Shown: piece after piece, positions 38,901-47,665 of the stretch
Position numbering within the stretch: the stretch's first letter is position 1
Layout: every line of letters begins with the position of its first letter
Translations under genes and position numbers: made by a program
Assembly (NCBI GenBank): GCA_002633005.1
Contig: NMRA01000062.1
Coordinates: forward strand, 1,039,981-1,103,980
Direction: 5' to 3'
Source: Phoronis australis
Taxonomy: Eukaryota > Animalia > Phoronida
Length of the DNA stretch: 64,000 nt
The notes under the pieces: generated by a model
Databases searched by the model: none
What the model was told of the DNA's origin: nothing
The model's input: only the letters and a program-made list of their open reading frames with translations

Positions 38901-39881
38901 GGTTTTCAGACGGATTTGGCGTATTTTGCCTCATCTAGTGGCCATTTTAATGATACAAATAAACAACCCTAAGAGCACACCAATTGCGATGCATTCGTGG
39001 GCGCATTTCAACTCTCCACGTTGCTGTTGTTAAAGAAAAAGGCTTTCCACGCCTGACCTTGGTGGTCGCTTACCTGTGTATCTGCTAACTATCGTTCATG
39101 CTTGACAACTGCTTTTAAGTCAGGATTATTGTTTCATTACCAATACCTTTTTATCCCCAGGACCATTCATCAGATCCACCAAGACGACCTCGTGATTCAT
39201 CTTCCTTTTACAAGTACGTCATTAAGGTGTTAGAGTGAGCTTTTTATTGTTTTCCGTAGCGCAGTGTGAAGGGGAAGTCAAAACAGGTACTCATGAAAAA
39301 TGGCAACACTGAAATCAACGTTTCATGCGAAGGATCCGCAGTTTCTTCAACAACTTCGCATATTGCGTCACTCCGGATCCGTTCCATGTCGCAATCAGTG
39401 GCTCAAACTATACCCAGGCAACTGTCTTCAGACCGCTGTACGACTCCGGAGTTAAATATAAGTCACCTCGGGAGTAGGCAAATTGCTTTGCTCTCTCTGA
39501 TTTTGTTGGCGCTTTCTGGGACTCTTCCCAAACCTGCCTGATGTGTCTGTTTATTGTCGAAATAATTGTTTAAAACATTACAAATCTATTTAATTTTTAT
39601 CTTAGGACTGTTGATCAATGGGAGACCTCTTATCTAAAAATCATTTCCTCATTTTACCGACTTGTTTTCTTAAAAGTCTCTTAGTTTTTATCGTAACTAC
39701 TATGAATAATATAAATTATTTCAATTAAGATCTACTTAAAAGCATGTATTTTAAATACGAGGAATTTTTCAAGAACAGGTAATTGAGTCTACGCCTTTAC
39801 TTTGTTAACCTACAACCCCGTTTATATATTCGTTTTTATTTGTTTTGTTTCAGATACGATAATTCGATGTCTTCTTCATAA
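3..39881 (+). CDS. Multi-exon gene (5'-partial) for a giant transmembrane mucin-like protein (MUC4/SUSD2-like NIDO-AMOP-VWD core plus Sushi, EGF, SEA, TM); 32 coding exons in the window
   Basis: Hand-spliced exons all have GT..AG boundaries with compatible phases and sum to 14,304 nt (4,767 aa + stop) with no in-frame stop; domain motifs occur in a coherent order. The frame is open back to position 3, so the start codon is upstream. Confidence 0.9.
174..3330 (+). repeat. Coding tandem repeat, 789 bp (263 aa) unit, about 4 copies, with further degenerate copies to ~4750
   Basis: CAGCTGATGGCAAGTAGT recurs at 174, 963, 1752 and 2541 (exact 789 spacing); [25 protein letters not shown] repeats in the protein. 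Confidence 0.95.
6309..6485 (+). CDS. Exon 2: Sushi/CCP domain 1
   Basis: ttttcag|TT..A|gtatgt, 177 nt, phase 1-1; [26 protein letters not shown]. Confidence 0.92.
6806..7330 (+). mobile_element. Highly degenerate HINE-like copy E
   Basis: ATGCGCCAAC start; units TGTGCCACCTTGTGG and TGTGCCCCTTGTAG. Boundaries approximate. Confidence 0.4.
7808..7984 (+). CDS. Exon 3: Sushi/CCP domain 2
   Basis: catcag|GA..A|gtaaga, 177 nt, phase 1-1; [24 protein letters not shown]. Confidence 0.92.
8389..8516. mobile_element. Short MITE-like element
   Basis: Terminal inverted repeats CATGGGCGG..CCGCCCATG around poly-G and an internal duplicated segment. Confidence 0.6.
8859..8978 (+). CDS. Exon 4: calcium-binding EGF domain
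   Basis: ttttag|AC..T|gtatgt; [39 protein letters not shown]. Confidence 0.92.
10416..10555 (+). CDS. Exon 5: lead-in to NIDO region
   Basis: ttttcag|TT..TGG|gtaatg, phase 1-0; ..[19 protein letters not shown], typical pre-NIDO segment. Confidence 0.8.
11018..11317 (+). CDS. Exon 6: NIDO N-terminal part
   Basis: ctttcag|ATA..CAG|gtattt, 300 nt, phase 0-0; [24 protein letters not shown]. Confidence 0.88.
12279..14271 (+). mobile_element. Helentron-associated (HINE/DINE-1/pearl-like) non-autonomous element with ~140-160 bp internal repeats, copy A
   Basis: 3' end GTGGGCGCATTTCAACGCTCCACGTTACTGTTGTT is nearly identical to copy C; internal units are homologous to copies B and C; 5' end is eroded. 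Confidence 0.75.
14305..14524 (+). CDS. Exon 7: NIDO core
   Basis: tttcag|CGG..A|gtgagt; [19 protein letters not shown] matches the NIDO signature (alternative same-phase donor after 14518). Confidence 0.9.
14826..15061 (+). CDS. Exon 8: NIDO end and AMOP start
   Basis: tttcag|AG..TTT|gtaagt; [17 protein letters not shown]. Confidence 0.88.
15213..15435 (+). CDS. Exon 9: AMOP domain
   Basis: tttcag|TCG..G|gtactg; [24 protein letters not shown]. Confidence 0.92.
15969..16193 (+). CDS. Exon 10: VWD start with GDPH motif
   Basis: tttaag|GT..G|gtacac; [39 protein letters not shown]. Confidence 0.93.
16303..16416 (+). CDS. Exon 11: VWD
   Basis: ttccag|GC..G|gtaagt, 114 nt, phase 1-1; [17 protein letters not shown]. 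Confidence 0.85.
17304..17498 (+). CDS. Exon 12: VWD C-terminal part
   Basis: tttcag|GT..T|gtaagc; [23 protein letters not shown]. Confidence 0.9.
17866..18102 (+). CDS. Exon 13: post-VWD Cys-containing region
   Basis: tctcag|GG..G|gtaggt; [25 protein letters not shown], typical of MUC4/SUSD2-like proteins. Confidence 0.9.
19114..19333 (+). CDS. Exon 14: Ig/cadherin-like beta-sandwich spacer
   Basis: tttcag|CG..AC|gtatgt, phase 1-2; [24 protein letters not shown]. Confidence 0.85.
19633..19808 (+). CDS. Exon 15: spacer end plus EGF-like domain
   Basis: ttatag|G..G|gtattg, phase 2-1; [22 protein letters not shown]. Confidence 0.87.
20045..20209 (+). CDS. Exon 16: EGF-like domain
   Basis: ttccag|GC..G|gtaaga; [24 protein letters not shown]. 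Confidence 0.9.
20483..20540. repeat. 30-bp tandem duplication
   Basis: TTCAATT(T/C)TGGTCATATTGCTTTGATT occurs at 20483 and 20513. Confidence 0.85.
20711..20839 (+). CDS. Exon 17: cbEGF
   Basis: ttgtag|AC..G|gtgggt; [43 protein letters not shown] (absent from the ORF track). Confidence 0.92.
21028..21156 (+). CDS. Exon 18: cbEGF containing RGD
   Basis: tttcag|AC..G|gtaagc; [39 protein letters not shown]. Confidence 0.92.
21475..22330 (+). mobile_element. Degenerate HINE-like copy D
   Basis: Starts TTTTATGCAGCCAC; contains CTGTATCTCC and CCCCTAGTG/CCATCTATTGGCC units similar to copies A-C. Boundaries approximate. Confidence 0.55.
22630..22755 (+). CDS. Exon 19: EGF-like domain
   Basis: ttgcag|GC..G|gtaagg; [38 protein letters not shown]. 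Confidence 0.9.
23160..23288 (+). CDS. Exon 20: cbEGF
   Basis: tcacag|AT..G|gtgagt; [34 protein letters not shown]. Confidence 0.92.
24989..25249 (+). CDS. Exon 21: laminin-type EGF-like module plus cbEGF
   Basis: ttccag|CT..G|gtaagt; [30 protein letters not shown].. Confidence 0.9.
25429..25682 (+). CDS. Exon 22: two cbEGF domains
   Basis: tttcag|AC..GAT|gtgagt, phase 1-0; DLDECATG.., DVNECDF.. Confidence 0.92.
26028..26115. repeat. (TG)n/(CG)n microsatellite
   Basis: Visible TG run with CGCG interruptions. Confidence 0.95.
26404..29854 (+). CDS. Exon 23: five EGF/cbEGF domains fused to a second Ser/Thr/Gln mucin domain
   Basis: ttgcag|GAA..G|gtaagc, 3,451 nt; D(I/V)(D/N)EC repeats followed by ~950 aa Ser/Thr-rich sequence. 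Confidence 0.93.
27160..29660 (+). repeat. Coding minisatellite, 36 bp (12 aa, [11 protein letters not shown][P/A]) unit
   Basis: TCTACTTCTCAACAA..ACAAGTGTAGA recurs with a 36-nt period, plus higher-order block duplications. Confidence 0.95.
30391..30506 (+). CDS. Exon 24: SEA domain part 1
   Basis: ttacag|TT..GCT|gtgagt, phase 1-0; [23 protein letters not shown]. Confidence 0.88.
31591..31652 (+). CDS. Exon 25: SEA domain part 2
   Basis: tttcag|CTT..AG|gtgagt, phase 0-2; [20 protein letters not shown]. Confidence 0.87.
32660..32814 (+). CDS. Exon 26: SEA domain part 3 with GSIIV motif
   Basis: tttcag|A..G|gtaatt, phase 2-1; [13 protein letters not shown]. Confidence 0.9.
34176..34251 (+). 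CDS. Exon 27: juxtamembrane EGF, N-terminal half
   Basis: ttgcag|TA..AG|gtgagc, phase 1-2; [23 protein letters not shown]. Confidence 0.88.
34943..36207 (+). mobile_element. HINE/DINE-1-like element, copy B
   Basis: 5' subterminal repeat ATGCGCCCAC (34946) with nearby inverted copy GTGGACGCAT (34966), GTCC-type microsatellite, 8 internal units, 3' inverted repeat GTGGGCGC (36193). Confidence 0.8.
36391..36567 (+). CDS. Exon 28: EGF end, transmembrane helix and basic stop-transfer
   Basis: ttgcag|T..AT|gtaagt; [47 protein letters not shown] (frame absent from the ORF track). Confidence 0.92.
36953..37104 (+). CDS. Exon 29: cytoplasmic tail
   Basis: ttgcag|G..A|gtgagt, phase 2-1, open frame. 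Confidence 0.8.
37393..37553 (+). CDS. Exon 30: cytoplasmic tail, Tyr-rich
   Basis: ctttag|AC..GAT|gtgagt, phase 1-0; ..[25 protein letters not shown]. Confidence 0.82.
37727..39031 (+). mobile_element. HINE/DINE-1-like element, copy C (most complete)
   Basis: TT-ATGCGCCCAC (37732), GTCC-like microsatellite, internal units, GTGGGCGCAT (38997) followed by a short stem-loop and TT. Confidence 0.8.
39161..39213 (+). CDS. Exon 31: cytoplasmic tail
   Basis: ccccag|GAC..AA|gtacgt, phase 0-2; [17 protein letters not shown]. Confidence 0.65.
39854..39881 (+). CDS. Exon 32: probable terminal coding exon (KYDNSMSSS*)
   Basis: Strong polypyrimidine acceptor ttgttttgtttcag, phase-compatible, TAA at 39879-39881, followed by AT-rich UTR-like sequence and AATAAA. 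Other acceptors are possible. Confidence 0.6.
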
Positions 39882-39990
39882 GGAATGGAAACTCAATGCA
39901 ATGATGGGATCGGCGTTCAACTCCAGACGCAATTAAAAGTTTTTGATAACTACTGCTAGGTTAGAAAAAATAGAATATACATTTTTGTAA

Positions 39991-39996
39991 AATAAA
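39991..39996 (+). promoter_or_regulatory. Candidate polyadenylation signal AATAAA
   Basis: 110 nt after the predicted stop, with GT-rich sequence downstream. Confidence 0.45.
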
Positions 39997-40209
39997 ACCA
40001 GTTTGCTGACTTGTATAAAATAGGTGTATGTTAGGAATTTGTTGTTTGTTATTAATTATTGTTAGGCTTAAAATTCAAGATTAATGTGTATATATTTGTA
40101 AACTAATACTGTTTGATAATGTCGACAACAATTGATTCTGTTTGTTGACGTTCTCTGTGCATAATTGTCCATGTAATTTCGTTCATGGCGTTTGAAAGTT
40201 ATAAAAATT

Positions 40210-40451
40210 CATGCGCGCACCCATCCTTCAATGTGGGGGCTCGAATTCCTGGTGTTGTGAACCTTTTGATAACAAAAAAGCGGTCAGACTAAAAAAAAAA
40301 ACGAGGGCACCACTGTGAATTGCGCGTTTGTGTTTGTTTAGTGGACTTTTGTCTCATTTTCTCGAACTTTTTCTTTGAGGTGGACCTTTTTGCCCACGTC
40401 GCCAAATGGGGGGCTTATTCGAGCCCTCCGAGCCCCCTGGATGCGCGCATG
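40210..40451. mobile_element. MITE with 14-bp TIRs and AATT flanks
   Basis: CATGCGCGCACCCA..TGGATGCGCGCATG, flanked on both sides by AATT; a related partial copy lies at ~47506. Confidence 0.7.
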
Positions 40452-43400
40452 AATTTCCATGATGGCTTTTGAAGTGTAACTAAAATGCGATTTTGTTTCA
40501 GGACGGGATGTCGCATGTTTCTTTATTGTTATTTTAATTTAGGAATTTATTAACTTATCTATTTTAAGAAATTTGTATTGCCTGAATAACGTACGTGATA
40601 TTCACTTGTTATATGCCCGATTATGTTCATGTAATAAACTATATTCTAAGTACATGGATTGGTCTAATCTTACCAATTCACTCATGAAGTTTAGTGTTGC
40701 AGGTTGTATTGTTGACCACAATGAGACGAGACACATCCGGTAATTTAATAAATAGAACACTACGAATTTGAAAGTATACGAATATGATCAGCGACGTTAT
40801 TCTTTGTCCTCGTTGCGTGACGGTTATGACTACGCCCTGAATTCAGTCTGGGTGACGAGGTCTTTACACATGCAAGCTATGGAAGACAGTTTCATAGATA
40901 AAATATATTCCATTAGGCACGTACGAGATCATTCTAGCAAAGACCTAGCTAAATGATGGAACAGTGAAACGTTACTAACCGACTGTCGAGATACTTAAAA
41001 TCGGATGCTTTTGAGCTGATAATACATCTGTTGCTCGGTTCCTAACAACGTTGCTACACGACTGAGAGTACTTGTTTGTGAGCATTTGATAACGGTGAAA
41101 TAATATGCAAGGCTTTTAGGAATTGACAACGATGACTTCGGAATAATGATAATTAATCAACTCAAAGCAGTCGTCAGATCGGGGACCACACTGCCCGATT
41201 AAATCTCTTCTAGGCCTTTTTTCCCACACCGCAGCACCGTGAAGTAGTTACTTTGAGTTTACCATGCGTCAAGGATAAAGAAACTACCTGTGTCACAGGA
41301 GTCGTGCTCGGTCAAGTATATAGTAAATGTAGCATCGATGTCTTAAGTATTTTACATCCACCCCTTTTGTATAAGAAATACGAGAACTTCGCACAGTGCC
41401 GACTTCACCAGAAAGGTAGACATAAGATATAAGTATTGGAAACCCATTTCGCTCAGGGTCTGAGCTCAGTCCACTAGGGTAGGTTGTTTACACAACTGTT
41501 AACTAAGACCCAGCATTACAACATCTCCCGTATGCCAGGTCACAGACAGTGGTGTTCTTCAATGGAGCAATTTTAAAGTGTGCAGAGATGGTCTGGCACA
41601 TCTCTACCGCTAGCTTTGTTTCTTGGTAGTGATGTGTGGTGTTACAATTTTATTTATTCCACTATCAGTTGTCTCATAACAAAAAATCCAAGTATTGAAG
41701 GACTTTTTTGTTTCTTTATTTGGAAAGTCGAATTTGTGCATGCTCAGTAATGCCCAAGATTTTCTGGAAAGTAGATGGTTACACAGCAAAATCTTGTTGT
41801 GACAATTTAAAAAATCACTCTAAAGCCCTCGACAATTAAACGAAATGTAATAACATACTTTACACGGATAAATACAATTCCACGAGAATGTATACTTTCT
41901 TTTGATATGGATATGTAGGTGTATCTTTGGCAAATGTGAGTCGATTTTGACCAAAAACATACCGTTGTGGTCGACATAAGATAACTCAAAATTAAATATC
42001 AAAATTATAAGCGAAAAATGCAACAGATAACCGAATACTCAGGCACATTTCACTCACAGACATAAACAAACTGCTGCACACTTTTTTATGTGTCGGTCCT
42101 ACCCCAACTTACGGACCCCGGGCTTCAGACCATGAGCGAAATGCCCGTGACGTAAGACCTTTGACAAATAGAATTAAGCGCGTCACACGCATCCCAGACT
42201 TAAACCATATACTTATATTAAGTCCATGGTTAAACATTGGAATCTGCTCAGTTGTCAAAAGTTTGCACTGATACCATTCCCAAAACATACAGGGTTCTCA
42301 CAAAACATGTTCTGACTAAATTTGAATTGTATTTTGCAACGTCGATGATGTTAGCACTAACTAAAACTTGCAATGCATTATTTCTTTCAATTCTCTGACA
42401 CATCAATGCTGGTTTATTGCGGTGAACACAAGGACTCGATTTGGTTAGTTTTGCGTTTTTGTATAATGAATACGTGGGATTCTTTAGTCATTTTTGTAAC
42501 ATTCACTCGTTTTGATCTCCACACCTGGTGGTTTGCTGGGCCAGTCACGTTTTTAAGAAGTATACCCTGAGTGAGAATTCATACTTTTTATTTGTCATCG
42601 ATAAAAAGGAAAATGACCATCTAGTTACTGCAATTAAAACTTTAGTAAGATTATGCTAATTTATTACTTCTAGACTCGTCTGGCCGTCGAACGCGATATC
42701 CAAAATTAGAAAGCTGACTTCTGGTGTGATCTGAAAACTTTCTTGTTTAAAGAAATTAATCCCGCAATATTTACGCTCTCATGCAAAGTTTTGACCAATC
42801 GCCGCTTTCACCATTTACTGGGAAATTTATGAGACATCTACATTTTTTCAGATCCATCATGAAGCGCAATATAAGAATCGGTTTCTTTACTTTACCCAGC
42901 CGACGTTAATTCTCTGAAACGTCATCGTGTTTCTCCGCTCCGACTAAAATGATAAGAATCGTCAATGGGTTTTCGGGAACGTACATCTACGTGTATACTT
43001 TGCACACGTTCATACGTTTTCCATGAGAAATTTAGTGGAAATAATCCCGCTGTTTTTATTTTAATTAGAAAACGTTTGGATTGGGAAACGATTTACTTGA
43101 TATTTTGAATTCCACCAAATTTGACTAACACAGGGGAAATTATGCATGAGTTATCACTGTGCGTTTACTCAATTGAGAGTAGTATAGTGCCAGTGCCTCT
43201 CGATAGGAGATACAAAAATACCGAAGTTACGACAACCATCGGGAATCAGAGGGGACATGACAGTTTCGGAATTCAGCAAGTTAACTTTTCCTGACTATTT
43301 CCGGAATATTTGCGACCTCAAGTATTTCGAAATTCCGAAAATAATTCAGTAGTTACTTGCCGGGTCCCCATCACTTTGAGAACCAGTTTGAGGCGGTCAC

Positions 43401-45929
43401 TAAGTGGAGAAAAGTGGTTTTCAAAAATTTGAAAGCTCGGTTAATGGCGTTACCGGCATGGGTAGAATGCACGAGTACTAAGAAGAACTTGATGGCGTTC
43501 TATTCCCAACTTAGGCAATTACATCGCCCTGGATGCCGTAGGCAAGCAGGGGCGACAGTATACATCCCCACAAAAAGTTATTCATTTCAAAATACAGGAA
43601 ATAAAATCAAATGATACACGCATGTATGCTCATGGAGTTATAAACAACTCATACCACCAGTCTGGAGACGATTCAGTCAAAATAATTTAAACAAATCGAT
43701 GAAGATCTGTTTCTCTTACCGGGTGCCATTTTGAGGAAGTTACTGAAATCACGCATGTTGACGAATAAAAAATCCAAGGGACAGAAATCTTACAAATGTC
43801 ACCTTCTAATCAGTGCTATTTTGCAAGCGTCACGCGTTAGCGTCACGCGCTTCGCCCAGTCTCGCGCTAGCCTTTGCCTAATGCACGTGACTCAGTTGAC
43901 ATACTTTGTGGTTATCGTGCGCGTGGTGAAAAAGTTAACGGCAACCAAAAAAGTGGAGTTGGAATTCTTCGCCAAAGTCAACTTAATCCTCATAACTAAG
44001 CTTCATCGAAGATATGTATAGAATTAGAAAGGACCAATGATGAAAGTAAGAGCTTTTTTAAATGATAGTTTTAAGTGTGGAATGTATTTTGACGAGATGA
44101 AAACTCAAAATCGGTGACCGGATTTGAGTTACCGTCCGTTTAAAATACCTGTAGGCTAACGAAATGCGTACAGAAAGCGAATTGTAGCCCTTAAATGGCC
44201 AACCGAGGGGCTACACGTTGCCTATACCCAACCAGACCATGTCAGAGAGTGCATCTATGCATGCTAACTCAAATTCATGAGCTGCACGTATGAACAGCTA
44301 TATGTCCTCCCTAGTAGTTATGCATTGTTGCTACCTTTAACACGCCAGTGAAAACAGCGTACGGTCAAATTCTCTTCCTCCATGTGTTATCTGTTTGAAC
44401 ACAACTGCGGTTATGTTTTCAATGGAGGTATTTCTTATGAGTGACAGTTACTGGGTTTACAAAGAGCGGACAATTAGTCCTTCATTGAGACCATGCTCGG
44501 AGCATAAATTGTCACGCCGTGACAAACCAAGGTGTTTAGACTGGTCTGAATATATAATAGCCAGGTGATTCGAAGCACTGGCATAACTTCTATTTTGACT
44601 AAGGAACAATTTGAGTCCAATTGCATAGCTGCAAATGGTTTGAATCAAGTGTTGATTTGTGTGATGGAAGCCGGGTTCTAAAAATTTCTAAATGGACTCT
44701 CTGGAAGTTCGGTGTTTTCAGTTGAAAGATATTAAACTTATATTGTAATGAAAAATTCTTTTCCCAGAGTAGTATAGATATATAAAGCTGGTTCAAAAAC
44801 GATCTCGTATTGGAATACTTTGTTTCTCATTTGGAAAGCCATTTATTCTGTTATCTAGCTTGGCAAGAGTCAGAAGCCCTTAATTCATTTTAATGTAAAC
44901 AACGTATCACAGAACCGGTACTGAACGTTCATAAACGGTAAGCATTTGTTGAGCGCGTCCCGTGTGTAACTATGTTCCCTAACCACATATTTTGTGACTT
45001 AAATGTTGTTGTTGAAAATAAAATAATATTACATTTACTTCACCGTGTCATTTATATAACCACCTAAGCCAGCTATATCTATCACCTCTCAGAAATATAG
45101 TCGTCGGGACTTTGTATGCAAGAAACACAAAGCATATAACTGAGCTAATTTTTATCAGAGGCTGAGGAAAGACGTGAATCTGTTGTCGATGATGAAGTAT
45201 GTGCTCGAGTGTACATAATTGTTCACATATTATTGTTTGTGAGCGTGGGCCAGTGCACTCGTTACGCGAAGAAATAAATTATCGTATCGAGAGCAATCGA
45301 ATGCTAAATAAGAATATTTCAATCGCATGTTTTCATTTTAGCGCGTGTAATATTACACCACATGCCGTGAGCAATGAAGAACGTTAAGAGGCATTGGAGT
45401 GTCATGTTCAATCAGACGTTCAAGTTAAAAAGTTAAACATGTAACCCCTAAAGGGGTTAAAAGATATTAAGCTTTTATTCATGTCGATATTTCAGAATTT
45501 TTTGAAATCGGAAACTCATTTTCTCGGAAAAGATTAGCTATCTTATCTTTCGCTTAATGGATGGTATATAATTATGTAAGTGTAAACTCAATAGATGGGA
45601 TTGCGTGAAGATAAGATTCTTATGGTTGGGTAGAACTGCAACCTACAAGCTCAGTACACACGACTGCTTATAGTCATGTCACATGTTTATCACAAGTATT
45701 CAAATGTCATTGGTCCAAAGTACAATTACAGCTGTTAAAGTTATAATACTAGAGAAGCATAAACAGTTGTTTATGTAACGATAATCTTTTGCAAAATGAA
45801 TGATAAATGAAACTAATAAATCGGTTTAGACTGGGAGTGCATCAATACAACTCTTAACTCATGGAATGCTGGGCATACAATTATAAAATGGTATTCATCC
45901 CCGATGTCAGAATAGTTACAGCAATAGCA

Positions 45930-46565
45930 ACGTATAAACTGTTCAAAATTATCAGAATTTACCCCTGTCTTTGTTAGTTGACCTATTTGATAAAATGGTA
46001 TACCCGACCTTAACTATGGTGAAGAAGTGTGGGGGTTCGACAAGTATTGAACAAGTGCATTGAACGTGTTCATATTAAATTTTGTAAAAGGATCCTGGGT
46101 GTAGGATCAACCTGTTCAAATCCTGCAGCGTTAAGCAAATGTGGTGGCTACTCGTTGTTTATTAATTATTATGTTAAATGCATTGAGTACTGGTTCAAAA
46201 ATTTGAAGATGCATTTTAACATACATAAAAAACATCCTACGATTTATTTTTAGTTTGGATTCCAAAGGAAGGTGTCGCTATATCTGGACGTCTGCAGTTA
46301 AAAAACTTCTATGCAAACACGGTTTCATGAGGTCTGGTTGAAACAGGGTGTTGCCTGTGAGGCAACATTAATTGGCATTTTTTCTCAACGTGTCATTTTC
46401 AGGGCTGACAGGGCGACGTGGATAATAATTCTGAGTTATGATACTTTTCTCAATTTAAATTAAAGTGTACAATTGGACATCTTATCGAATTTGCCTAGAA
46501 AATTCACACAGTCTTTGACGCGTTCTGCTGTGCGATTTAGCTATCGAAATCGGCAGGCGTAATTC
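45930..46565 (+). mobile_element. Decayed non-LTR retrotransposon (LINE) ORF2 3' fragment
   Basis: LFDKMV..IERVHIKFCKRILGV..SNPAAL..KCIEYWFK..WTSAVKKLL..GF..VWLKQG..LAIEIGR across frameshifts resembles the C-terminal region after the RT domain in invertebrate LINEs. Confidence 0.7.
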
Positions 46566-47505
46566 TGTAACTTAGTCTGACTGCTTCTACTGTGGAACTG
46601 TCTGCAAACAGCCTCTGGTAGCAACAGGAATTCGTAACTTGATGTTCGAACAGCTTGCAAGGTGCTAGGCGTTGCTGTTACACGGTTGTTTAAAAATCAT
46701 TACATTCTGAGGATCTGGAAATAATACATGATATTTCTCATACCCCAGATACGGAAATTATTAACAACGAACCAGTTTGAGGTACAGTTAAAAATTAGTT
46801 CAAAACCATATCGTCTATCAGAAAACATTGAACATTGCCGTCAGTTCGCATTGAACATTTTGTATCTAAAACACATCGCTTTAATTGAATCCAAGTGGAG
46901 ACAAAACGTGCGAACTACTGCGAATATGTGTGAATGTTACATGTACCATTTCGGCCCACATTTGATTCAAATGCAAATTAAGAGCGTACCAATATGCAAC
47001 AATTTAAACGCAGAAAATGGATAATTCGTCATCTCAGTTAAAGCCAGTTGTGTTTGCATGCTTCTAACTATGCTAATGTATAACAAGAACTAAAACGCAA
47101 TGGTATTTGAACATCATCTACGGTAAGCAAAGCGCAGTGATATTCATAGACAACTTGTAAATGTGAATTTGCAAGTAGGTGACCTTTGTACTAATGACGT
47201 ACTTTGGAGACTCATACAGACCGCATCATGCAGTGTTATTCCACAACACCAGGTCACGATACTTACTGGACAAGGTTGAGTGATTTACGGAGGGTCATTT
47301 TCGACACAAAACTCGTTCTTAAACATTTCGTTATTTTCAACGTACTTACTAATCACACTGTCGCCATATGTTGTGTTTCTAATTATTTTGACCAAGCAAT
47401 CTCAGAGATAAGGAATCAGTATGCAAGTTCCACTTTAAGTAATGTTTCCCCACAGGAACGTATAAAGACCAGGATAGTAAATCGCATTTGTCCCACACTG
47501 AACTA

Positions 47506-47665
47506 CATACGCGCACCCAGCCTCTAGTTTGGGGGGATCGAATTTCTGACCAAGTGGACCTTTAGCTAACAAAAAAGCCGGGGGACTAAAAACCACCCTC
47601 AGTACTGTGAAATGTGCGTCTGCTCCCTTTTAGTAGACTTTTGTCTCGTTTCCGCGGCCTTTTTG
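47506..47665. mobile_element. Partial diverged copy of the 40210 MITE
   Basis: CATACGCGCACCCA..GGGGGATCGAATT..TAACAAAAAAGC..ACTGTGAA..GACTTTTGTCTC is colinear with ~40210-40370. Confidence 0.6.

Noticed and set aside
34943-39031. Regularly spaced conserved motifs as a CRISPR-like array, and short ORFs within them
   Set aside because: The inter-motif sequences are homologous to each other (diverged tandem units) and are bounded by HINE-type termini; the ORFs are not maintained between copies.
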